Source of the DNA: a virus
Strand: one strand, 5' to 3'
IMG/VR virus record: IMGVR_UViG_3300032308_001297
Coordinates: 64,001 to 128,000 of that record
Length of the DNA: 64,000 bases
Of the stretch, positions 35,104 to 44,700 are shown piece by piece (the stretch's first letter is position 1; the number at the start of each line of letters is the position of its first letter). The notes under the pieces were generated by a model. It saw nothing but the letters and a program-made list of their open reading frames with translations. It had not been told where the DNA came from and ran no database searches. Position numbers and translations under genes: made by a program.

Positions 35104-38001
35104 TTAAACGATAGTCCAAGTTGAACCAGAAGGAACTGTAACAGTTACACCACTATCTATTGTTACTGGACCAACAGTCAAAGCATTATAATTGTTTGAC
35201 ACTGTATAATTAGAACTTATGTTTACTGTCATTTCTATGAAAGGACTAGAAGACATTTTAATAGGCGAATTCACAAAACCATTCAAAGCAACATTAGCAC
35301 TAAATGTGTGATTATTAGTCCAAGTATATTGAGCAGCTGTATTAGTTCCGACAATTGTTGACCAATAAACAGCTGAACCGTTAGATGTTAGTGCTTGACC
35401 GTTTGACCCGAAACCACCATTAGCAGAAACACCAGCACCAGAAGAAATGACAACATTGGCGTTATATGTATGCACTCCTGTGATGGTATAAGCGCCAGCA
35501 GTATTTACATAAGAGGCTGCAGCAACACCACCAAGATTGGTAGAATTATTTGAAGTTAATGCGCTATTAACATTCAGATTACCTTCAGTTTTACTATAAG
35601 CAGTTGTGGCATTATTAACGTTTAGGCTACCTTCAGTTTTACCATAAGCGCCAGTAGAATTACCAACTAAAGTTGAGCCAGCAAAAATACCACTAGTGTT
35701 AATAACTGCCCAGTTAGTTGAGGTATTACCAAGAGCGATAGAATTGGCTTGGAAATTAGATAATTTAAAAGAACTGTTTGAAGTATCAATATAAACGTTG
35801 GCATCTGGCTCAGGAAGATAGCTATCAAAAACTTTCCAATATCCGTCTGATGCATCTCTAAAGAAACCAGCATGACGATACGTTCCATCATTATATCCAG
35901 CTGCTAAACCAATATCAGGATTAACATCGCTTTTACCTCTTGCTGTTCCGCCTGAAATATATGAAGCAGTATTCGTATTAGCAACAACGAAATGAGTGCC
36001 ATTTGCAGATATAATATTTTGATAATCACCATTATAAGAACTGGGGTTTACATTAGTTACAGATACGTCCCAACCAGCTGAATAGTTATTATTGGCTGTG
36101 AATATTATCTGAGTTCCATTACCAGATATATTAGTTATATTCGCAGATACGCCTTGATTAAGAAATAACATATTATCTGTAAAAGTAATATTATTTCCTT
36201 GTAATACAGTAGAAGTTCCTGATACTGTCAGATTACCAGTCAAAGTAAGATTTACGAAAGTAACATTGTTAGATGATGTCACATTCTGATCCATACGATA
36301 TGGAAGTCTAGCTTCTGCAAGAGTTCCAGTATTGATATTGGATGCATTAGAAGCAAATATTACAGCATTAGAATAAGCGTTTCCAGCTTTAGCGTCAGTA
36401 TAACTTACAGCATTAGAATAAGCATTGGCTGCTTTATTAGTAGCATCTGTAGATGCATCAGAAACAGCATTAGAATAAGCATTAGCAGCTTTATTGTCTG
36501 CGTAAGTTTGAAGAGTTGTTACGTTGCCTTGTAATTGAGCATTAGAAACAACATTAGCAGCAGCCACCGTACCAACGAAAGAAGTATTATTGGCAGTAAG
36601 TTTAGCAACGTTAGCTGATAGTCCAACAGAAGTCTGATAATTTGCTAGATTAGAACTTAACTGAGCATTAGAAACAACATTGGCTGCTGGTAGAGAACCA
36701 ATAAACAACGCTGAATTTGATGTTGCGTTAATAGTTTGTGAGAATGTAATGGTATTGGTAAATGTTTGGGTATTGGTCCAAGTATATCGTGCAGATGTAT
36801 TAATTGTTGCTACAATATTTCCACCAATAGCAACACCACCAACATAGATAGAAGAAGAATTAATGAAAACGTTTACGCTGGAATTACCAAGAGAAATTAC
36901 AGAACTGTTTACTGCAGCGCCAGAAGTTGTTGAACCCCAATAATGATTATTAGTCCAAGTATAAGTGTCTGCAGTGTTAACAGCTGAAGTAGATGGAACA
37001 TATATTCCATAAACGTCAATGACAGAATTTAAAACAGGAGGAACAACAAAGACAATATCTACACCATTGATGATAGAAACATCATCAGAGCTCATTCTTA
37101 CGCCATTAAGATATACATTCAAACGTTCTGGATTATATGGAAGAGTTGTAGAAAAAGTGTCAGTGGCACCATCGCCAATAAAAGATTCTATTACGAAATT
37201 AGCTTCTGGATTTAGATTCTTAACACCAAAAACGTCAATATTTGTTCCATTTGCAGGAGCAACAGCGAATACGATATTAGCTCCTGAAGCTGTATTTACT
37301 TCTGTTCCTGTTGCTCTAACACCGTTTAAATAAACGTTTAGTGCATTGGAAGTATATCCATTAGCAACAACAAACGAAGTATTTGAACCATTACCTATAT
37401 AAGATTGTTTTACATAAACGCCGTCTGAAGCGTCTAATTCATACCCAATAAAATCAATATTAACTCCGTTAGCAGGAGCAACAGCAAATACTACGTTGGA
37501 ACCCGAAGAAGTATTAGCTTCGCCGCCAGTCATTCTTATGCCATTGACATATACATTCAAATAATCGGCATCATAACCGCCAGTAATAGCATAAGACGTT
37601 CTTACACCATTTCCTGTCGCTGATCTTATAATATGAGGAATATTAATTTCTGTTGAAGTAGAAGCCCAATAAACAGCCGAACCATTTGATGTGAGGAATA
37701 GTCCAGAATTGCCATAAGATCCACCAGCTGACACGCCACCATTAAGAACCACGTTCCCGAAAAATGTAGCTGTATTATGTGTAGTGGTATTTCCGATAAG
37801 GTTTGCGCCATGTATTACAGCGTTGCTTTGGACGTGCAAAACATCTAAATTGGAACCAAGCACGAAAACATTGGCACCATCAGAACTAAAAAGTTTTCTA
37901 TCAGTGAGATTGATTGCTAGCTCAGCAATGGAGAGCGTTGATGTGTTAGGGTATTTCCCAGCGACAGATGAACGTCGCAGTTTGAAAACAGTATTTGCCA
38001 T
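35104..38001 (-). CDS. Long modular fibre protein
   Basis: N-terminal KLRRS...ELAINLTDRKLF attachment motif; three ~70-aa repeats (LNVY.NG.R); KAANAYSNAV heptads; C-terminal GPVTIDSGVTVTVPSGSTWTIV. Confidence 0.8.
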   Translation of the reverse strand: MANTVFKLRRSSVAGKYPNTSTLSIAELAINLTDRKLFSSDGANVFVLGSNLDVLHVQSNAVIHGANLIGNTTTHNTATFFGNVVLNGGVSAGGSYGNSGLFLTSNGSAVYWASTSTEINIPHIIRSATGNGVRTSYAITGGYDADYLNVYVNGIRMTGGEANTSSGSNVVFAVAPANGVNIDFIGYELDASDGVYVKQSYIGNGSNTSFVVANGYTSNALNVYLNGVRATGTEVNTASGANIVFAVAPANGTNIDVFGVKNLNPEANFVIESFIGDGATDTFSTTLPYNPERLNVYLNGVRMSSDDVSIINGVDIVFVVPPVLNSVIDVYGIYVPSTSAVNTADTYTWTNNHYWGSTTSGAAVNSSVISLGNSSVNVFINSSSIYVGGVAIGGNIVATINTSARYTWTNTQTFTNTITFSQTINATSNSALFIGSLPAANVVSNAQLSSNLANYQTSVGLSANVAKLTANNTSFVGTVAAANVVSNAQLQGNVTTLQTYADNKAANAYSNAVSDASTDATNKAANAYSNAVSYTDAKAGNAYSNAVIFASNASNINTGTLAEARLPYRMDQNVTSSNNVTFVNLTLTGNLTVSGTSTVLQGNNITFTDNMLFLNQGVSANITNISGNGTQIIFTANNNYSAGWDVSVTNVNPSSYNGDYQNIISANGTHFVVANTNTASYISGGTARGKSDVNPDIGLAAGYNDGTYRHAGFFRDASDGYWKVFDSYLPEPDANVYIDTSNSSFKLSNFQANSIALGNTSTNWAVINTSGIFAGSTLVGNSTGAYGKTEGSLNVNNATTAYSKTEGNLNVNSALTSNNSTNLGGVAAASYVNTAGAYTITGVHTYNANVVISSGAGVSANGGFGSNGQALTSNGSAVYWSTIVGTNTAAQYTWTNNHTFSANVALNGFVNSPIKMSSSPFIEMTVNISSNYTVSNNYNALTVGPVTIDSGVTVTVPSGSTWTIV

Positions 38002-38015
38002 ATGGCTCTCCCAAA

Positions 38016-38031
38016 CTCAGTATATACTGAG
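38016..38031. other. Perfect 16-bp palindrome upstream of the 965-aa fibre gene
   Basis: CTCAGTATATACTGAG. Confidence 0.7.
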
Positions 38032-38032
38032 A

Positions 38033-38560
38033 TTAAAATTCGTCAACCGATTTAGGGGATTCCTTAATCTTAGGTTTGCCCTTTTTTAATTCTTCATTCT
38101 CTTTGAATAATATATTTAGTTCTTCTGTTTGCCTTTTATATTCTTCTTTTAATTGTTTTAATTCTGAAATAAGATTGGCTCTCTCTTCGTTACAAGAATC
38201 CCACTCATTTCTTTTGTCCATTATCTTTTTATTCAAATTATCATATTCATTCTTTTTATTAGAAAGCATCTGTTCAAGGTTTTTAATAGTGTTCTCAAGT
38301 TTTTTCTTTTCAAGAGTAACAGCTTCGACGCCATTAGCAGCTTGCTGCATCATTTCGTTTTGAATATCGACTTGTTTCTGAGATTCCTCGTACTTACCAG
38401 AAAAATCGTTAACCGAATGAACCAAACCTTCTATTTTTATTTCATATTCTAAGTTTTTTCTAATATGATCCAGAAGCAATTTTTCTTGTTTCTGGATATA
38501 TTTTTGTAAATAATTAACAGCTTCTTCTAATTTTTTAACTTGACTATCATCAATTTCCAT
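38033..38560 (-). CDS. Coiled-coil protein
   Basis: Glu/Lys/Gln-rich heptad pattern over most of its 175 aa. Confidence 0.7.
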   Translation of the reverse strand: MEIDDSQVKKLEEAVNYLQKYIQKQEKLLLDHIRKNLEYEIKIEGLVHSVNDFSGKYEESQKQVDIQNEMMQQAANGVEAVTLEKKKLENTIKNLEQMLSNKKNEYDNLNKKIMDKRNEWDSCNEERANLISELKQLKEEYKRQTEELNILFKENEELKKGKPKIKESPKSVDEF

Positions 38561-38588
38561 AGTATAATTCCTTTGTCAACGATTAATA

Positions 38589-40316
38589 TTAGAAAGAACC
38601 ACCATCTAGTACGTCATAGACCAATGCTGTTCCGTTAGACTGTAGAACATATCCACTGGTGCCAAGAGTTAGTTGGTTATATCCGTTTGTTGAATTACCA
38701 ACAAGTAATGCATTATTTGTAGTTGTCTTATAACCAGTACCACCTTCTGTTCCTGCAAGAGCAGTAGATAGAGTTAGAGTATTAGCAACGATACTTACAG
38801 AGAAAGTTGCATTAGCTGTTAGATTTGCAGCTGTTGAATTAATGGATAGCCCACCGGATTTTATATAAGTGTGTAGAACTGCTAGAGTAAACCCGTTAGC
38901 AGCTGTGTTAACGTGGTTATTTCCTGCTAGTTCTTGCTCAGAACCTGTAAATAGCTTATACTCTCCATCGGTAAAATCTCTGAATAGACCAGTATGTCTT
39001 GCTTTGGCGCCATCAAAATAATTAGCAGCAAAACCAATATCCACAAGATCGCTGGTGTAGTTATTACCAGCAAGATAGATCATAGGATCAGAAATAATGA
39101 CTGACTGAACGTTAGTTGTTACTAGGTTACCAGTAACGAAAATATCTCCGCCAATATATACAGAACTATCGAAATGACCTTCTACGCCATGCACGTTACC
39201 GGCATGCATTTCATTCCATCTAAGCGTGTTGTTACCAACGTTATATGTTAGATTAGCAGAAGGAATAATGTTTGTGTTAACTGCAGCGACAATTGAAAGA
39301 ACGTCTGAGAACGAATCGCCAATTACAACGTTACCAGTTGTTGATAATTTACCAGTTACAACATTAGCAAAAGTTACGTTATCCGTTGTTCCAACTGGCT
39401 GACCGATGCTAACTCCTGTGGAGTTAACTGTAACACCAGTACCAGCGTCAACCCAAACTCCTGAAGAGTTAGAAATAAGACCGCCATCTAGACCAGCCTT
39501 AACAGCAACTGTTGTTGCGTTTACTTCAATACCGTTACCAGCACCAACATCGATAGTAATATCACCAGTGTTTCCGCCACCATTTAGACCGTCGCCAGCA
39601 GTGATAGAAGAAATATCACCAACGTCGTTGTCCCAGTAAATACTAGAACCGTTAGATCTAAGAACCTGATTAGCTGAACCAAGAGAACCGTTAGCAGAGA
39701 ATCCGACACCTGAGCCAACAGTTACTTGAGTTGTATTAGCTCTAAAGTAAGATCCAACAGCTAAGATATCGGCGTTAACAATACCGCTAGTATAAACACC
39801 ACCATTATTGGCGATAACCCATCCACCAACACTAAGAACAGAAGCGTTGACTGTATTGGTTGCAAAAACATTAGCAACGTTTAGAGTATTTGCAACAGAA
39901 AGATTGTTTGAAACTTTATCGAAAGTAAATCCAGCCGAAGCATTAGCAACGCCAGAATCATTAAACTGAACTTGGGTGTTAGAACCAGAAGTACCAGTTC
40001 CCCAATAAATTGCAGTTCCATTAGTAACAAGAACCTGACCATTCGACCCTGCGGAACCGTTAGCTGTGATCGAAGTAATAACAGCGTTGGCTACGATAAC
40101 TTTATCAATACCACCAGTAGCATTAGCTACTAGAGCATGACTATTAGTCAGGGTTCCTGGGTATTGAGCGCCTCCAATACGAAGAACGCCAGAACCATCA
40201 GGAAGGCCAATGTGAAGAGTGTTTGAGGCTTGTGTAAAAGCTAATTCGCCGTTAGACAGACCTGAAACAACAGCATTAGCTACCGATCTCTTGATTTGAA
40301 TTTTATTATTAGCCAT
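38589..40316 (-). CDS. Fibre protein
   Basis: N-terminal IQIKRS...GELAF motif; Asn/Gly-rich shaft; C-terminal LDGGSF. Confidence 0.8.
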   Translation of the reverse strand: MANNKIQIKRSVANAVVSGLSNGELAFTQASNTLHIGLPDGSGVLRIGGAQYPGTLTNSHALVANATGGIDKVIVANAVITSITANGSAGSNGQVLVTNGTAIYWGTGTSGSNTQVQFNDSGVANASAGFTFDKVSNNLSVANTLNVANVFATNTVNASVLSVGGWVIANNGGVYTSGIVNADILAVGSYFRANTTQVTVGSGVGFSANGSLGSANQVLRSNGSSIYWDNDVGDISSITAGDGLNGGGNTGDITIDVGAGNGIEVNATTVAVKAGLDGGLISNSSGVWVDAGTGVTVNSTGVSIGQPVGTTDNVTFANVVTGKLSTTGNVVIGDSFSDVLSIVAAVNTNIIPSANLTYNVGNNTLRWNEMHAGNVHGVEGHFDSSVYIGGDIFVTGNLVTTNVQSVIISDPMIYLAGNNYTSDLVDIGFAANYFDGAKARHTGLFRDFTDGEYKLFTGSEQELAGNNHVNTAANGFTLAVLHTYIKSGGLSINSTAANLTANATFSVSIVANTLTLSTALAGTEGGTGYKTTTNNALLVGNSTNGYNQLTLGTSGYVLQSNGTALVYDVLDGGSF

Positions 40317-40353
40317 TAATGATGGTCCTTTGTTATTTTTATCTATTTATTAT

Positions 40354-40632
40354 TTAAAAAGTTCCACCGTCTAGATCGCCTATAACGTCTGCCATTTCAA
40401 GAGGTTTTACAAAATATTTATCAGTAACTAAATCATAAACTAGGGTCGAACCGTCGTTTCTTTGTGATAAATCTATATCTGTTAATTCATCTATAGCAAC
40501 GTTTCCCGAAGTCGAAAGACTAGGCGTGTTTTTAAGAGTTACTGGAGTTTTAGTGTCTAATACTCCAGCAGTCCCGTTTGCAGAGACCTGAACATTTCTT
40601 TTTCTGCCTACGACTACGTTTATTGTACTCAT
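40354..40632 (-). CDS. Small fibre adaptor protein
   Basis: DELTDID...DGSTLVYD...C-terminal LDGGTF. Confidence 0.65.
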   Translation of the reverse strand: MSTINVVVGRKRNVQVSANGTAGVLDTKTPVTLKNTPSLSTSGNVAIDELTDIDLSQRNDGSTLVYDLVTDKYFVKPLEMADVIGDLDGGTF

Positions 40633-40633
40633 T

Positions 40634-40960
40634 TTATCTTGTTGCGTTTGGTGTTACCGTTATAATACCCTCTACCACTCTAGAAATAACTCCGCTCTGG
40701 GCGACTTCAACATCGTAAACATATCTTCCTGCCACAAGATTTGCAGTCTGGACAGCAGTAAGAGAAAGAGTTATAGTCCCAGTAGAAACATTAATAGCTG
40801 TAGAAAAGGTAGTTGAGTTTGATGAAGTATACCACTTCCTCATTTGAGAATTTGCTGTATATCCGTTAAGGTTCATAACATCGCCATTGTCGTCTGTTAA
40901 CGATAAATCGGCGGAAAAGGTCGCTCCTTGATCTATGACTAAATTAGCTTTTGTTGCCAT
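40634..40960 (-). CDS. Virion adaptor protein (BppU-N-like beta sandwich)
   Basis: NLVIDQGATF...LNGYTANSQMRK...GRYVYDVEV...RVVEGIITVTP. Confidence 0.7.
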   Translation of the reverse strand: MATKANLVIDQGATFSADLSLTDDNGDVMNLNGYTANSQMRKWYTSSNSTTFSTAINVSTGTITLSLTAVQTANLVAGRYVYDVEVAQSGVISRVVEGIITVTPNATR

Positions 40961-41550
40961 TATGCTGTGAACCTTGTGAAAGTAACAGATAAAGGAGTAA
41001 CGGATGTACTAATATACAATCTCACAGAACCAGCACTAATATTAGCATTGAATGTTGCAAATGTAGTATTAGAACCAAGAATTCCGTATTCTGTATTATA
41101 AGTGCTTGAACCGTCTTGAGATAATAAAAATTTAGTGGCCAATACTTTGGTATTAGCAGAATCATTGACTGCAATTAAATATTCTGCAGCGCTGCATTCG
41201 GAAACAGAAAAGGTGTCTAAAAGAGTTGATCCTGAAGAAGAAACAGAAACAGATGTTCTAGATCCTGGAGTTTCAACCCACGCTCCGTTAGCGTTTAGGT
41301 AATATTTTCCAGCGCTCTGTAATGTGGAATTTGCTGCTGTGATGGCAACATTAACAGAAGAATTACCTATAGAAATTACATTAGCAGAAAACGTACCGCC
41401 TAGAACAGCATTGCCAGAAGTAACGTTATTATTTCCAGTACCATCAGAGGTTAATACAGCCCCAGAAGTGTGATACGCTAATTCGTTTACTCTGTTAATG
41501 AAATATTCCCAAGTATTCGTATTAGCTGTATTTGCTATTGTAATTGTCAT
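40960..41550 (-). CDS. Virion structural protein
   Basis: C-terminal DTF...AEYLI...QDG...TEYG...VRLY domain, a pattern familiar from T4-like cyanophage structural proteins. Confidence 0.65.
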   Translation of the reverse strand: MTITIANTANTNTWEYFINRVNELAYHTSGAVLTSDGTGNNNVTSGNAVLGGTFSANVISIGNSSVNVAITAANSTLQSAGKYYLNANGAWVETPGSRTSVSVSSSGSTLLDTFSVSECSAAEYLIAVNDSANTKVLATKFLLSQDGSSTYNTEYGILGSNTTFATFNANISAGSVRLYISTSVTPLSVTFTRFTA

Positions 41551-41553
41551 TTA

Positions 41554-41754
41554 TTACTTTCCGTTTTCTACTAGCTGTAATAATAGAGACTTTACTTCAT
41601 CTATACTCGATTCAATCTTTTTAATTCTTTCTTCATGAGTGGAAAGATTTCTTAAAGTTTCTCTTTGACGTTTATATGCTGTCAACCCAGCATTATCGAC
41701 GTTCAATAAAGCCGCTTTATTATTTGGTTGTCGAATATACTCTTTAGTTTCCAT
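41554..41754 (-). CDS. Small coiled-coil hypothetical protein
   Basis: 66 aa, ALLNVD...Y...IESSIDEVKSLLLQL; directly follows the giant structural gene. Confidence 0.7.
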   Translation of the reverse strand: METKEYIRQPNNKAALLNVDNAGLTAYKRQRETLRNLSTHEERIKKIESSIDEVKSLLLQLVENGK

Positions 41755-41755
41755 T

Positions 41756-44700
41756 TTACACCATTAAGGCTATGCCACGAAGATCGTCGATCTTAGGTAC
41801 AAACACTCCGCTTGTACTTAGTAGAACAATCTTGATAGCAAAAGTTTTGTAATCTTGGTATCTAGCGCCAGATTCGCTGTTATATTCAATGATTCCGAAA
41901 TTAGAAGCATTGGCGAAAGCTCTATGAACAACTGGTCCAGTAATAGTATGAACTTCACCAGCGCCAGTTCTTGATTCAGTGATATTTACATTAGCACCAC
42001 CAGGAGTGTTTGCAACAGCAATTGCCGAAGAATTAGCAAACGAAACGTAATAATAACTATTAGCCGTCAGACCACCAATAGCTGTGTTTGAGGCTGGTAC
42101 AGCGTAATAAACTTTATTACCAACGCTGAATATAGAATTAGCTGCTTCGATAGCAATAGTTTCGGAAGTGTTACTTACACCAGTTGTATTGGCGGTTACA
42201 TTATATGAACTGTAACCTACAGATGATGGAAGAGTGTAAACAAATTCCTTGAAATCATAACGATCGATTGGGCTACAATACAGTTCAGAACTATCGTTAT
42301 TAAGTTTAGTCCAATCTTTGTCAACTAATGTTTCAGGATCGGAAGCGGATAGGAACTTAGCGTAAACTTCAACATCAGTGTTATATGGGCGATATGCAGA
42401 TAGATAAATCTTCATATCTTCTGAGTCTTGACCATCAGCAAGAACGATTGGTTGACTGATATATCGGCATAGTGCATTACCGTTTCCAGTGTCTTCGCCG
42501 AAGCTACTGAAATTAATTGTGTTATTAATAACTTTAGCTCCCTTTCTCGAAATATCAATAGCAGGAGAAACGTATTTCTGAACACAAGTTAATTGGTTTT
42601 TAATAGTTAGAGATTTAGTATTTCCACCAAGAATTCCAGGTTCGTTAGAACGACTGTAAATCTTTCTCTCGTAATCTAACATTTCTCTTTCGATATCAAA
42701 TTCTAATTCGCTGTATGTTGTATCAATTATGCCCGAATTCGAAGAACCTACGAATTCAGTAGTAATAGCAGTGCCAAGAGGAGTAATTGTCGAGAATCTT
42801 GGAACTATAGCATGATATGCATAATCATCGATACTCACAACATTCGCAGTAGCAATTAGAGTGTTTAAGTTAGCAGCAGCTTCCGCTGTATTACCAGCAG
42901 TTCTAAATCTAAAGAAACCAATTTTTTGCGCTGGTGAGAAATTACCAGTTGAACTGTCAAGAATCAATTGATTATTTGCAAGATCGATAGACTGCAGAGA
43001 ACCATGAATAGTGGCTGGAGAGTTAATAATTGCATTTGAAGATGCATTAATAACATAAACTTCGTCTCCACTAGCCGACGAAGGAGTGACCAGAGAATTT
43101 GCTAGTGCTATACTATTATAGGTAATGAATTCGTCGTTTTCATTATCGAAATATGCCTGACCTGTACCAACAGTAAAGTTAGCAACATATAGGTTAAACT
43201 TGACGTCTTCTCTTGGTAGAGCAGTCCAAGTTCTGGCGTTTGACGAACGGAAAGATTCTCCAGTGTATGGGTTTGAACCAATTTGCGAACCAGTAATTGT
43301 ATCAAAATCGCCCATTTCAGCGACCCACATATTATAATCTGGAGTGCTTGATTCGGGTTCAACCCAGAATGCATATTCTGTGTTTCCTGCAAGATAAATT
43401 GGATCGTTGAAAACAATTGTTGTTGCAGCGTTTGCAATATCAGAAATACTGACATTGTTTGCGTCAACACGACCCCATCCGAAAATCTTATTGTTGTCTG
43501 GGAGTCCTGCGTTCATTCCACAAATGATTGCTCTTATACCAGTGTTTGCGTCTTTAGATTTGAAGAACAAATCAATCTTAGTTGCGAACACACCGCTTTC
43601 TTGTTGTGGAGATTCGACTTTGAACGATTGGGCGATAGGGTCGCGGAAGTATGTAGTCGTATAATTATAACTGTAACATGTTCTTACATCAGGGGTGATT
43701 GTAGTAATTGTTGCTTCCTGAGAAGTAGTTGTAATGTTACTTGCGACATAAGTTCCAACAGCTTTAGAGAGAGCAGCATCATCGCCGTAAACCAAACTAT
43801 CGGCGTCCATGATCATGAATCTTCTTTCACCAACACGGAACTGTCCTTGTGGAATATTGAATACACCAAAAACGTTTCCGAATTGATCAGAGAAAATTGG
43901 ATCTCCAAAATTTCCAGTTCTATTTACAGCAGTATCTGGGCGTCCAGTTCTAGCGGCTGCTGAAACAATAGCAGAAGCAGTAGCGCCAAGAGAAGTATTT
44001 AATGATCCTGGAGCACAGTAGGCGCTAACTGGAGTTTCATCAAAATAAGCATACATTCTTGAAGATGGCTTAACACCCGTAGCAATAAATGCGATAGTTT
44101 TAGATTTAATATATGGTTGAACAGCAATATCAGTCAAGAACCTTCCTAGTTCTACTGTATTAGTCATTGGAACATACCAATGAGTTGTTACAAGCTGTTG
44201 CCAATAAGTCCAAAGACCACTATAAACGTTACCTGATTGCGCATAAACCTGCCATGGTCCATAATGAGAACCCCAAATATTACCAGCTTCGCCCAATTCA
44301 ATGAATGGTTGCATTAGGTCTAGCACAGCATCAGCGTTTGGAATGGATGTTTCGTCTTTATTCATATCATAGTTTGGATAAAGATTTAGCGTTCCGTTCC
44401 AAGTCCAAATGTCTTGGTTGTTGTTTCTATATTTTGTAGCGTATGGCTGGAAAATATATTGCTCGTGACTATAAGGACGAGTAACAAGTTTACCAGTTAA
44501 TGTTACACCAGTGCTTGTGGTGTTATTAAACGCTAGATCTATATCTTTTGTAGTGAAGGTTGGACGACCATGACCTTGACGAATATCAATACACCATCTA
44601 TAACCTTCATCGCTTGCTTCTGCAAAAAGATGGGAGGTCATAGGATCAGCAAAAATACCGTTCTTGAAACGATTTAATCCAGATGCATCAGGAACCTGAA

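Noticed and set aside
30313-38001. Possible diversity-generating retroelement or invertible shufflon acting on the fibre genes
   Set aside because: No reverse transcriptase or recombinase in the window; the repeats are direct, and their differences are not adenine-specific.
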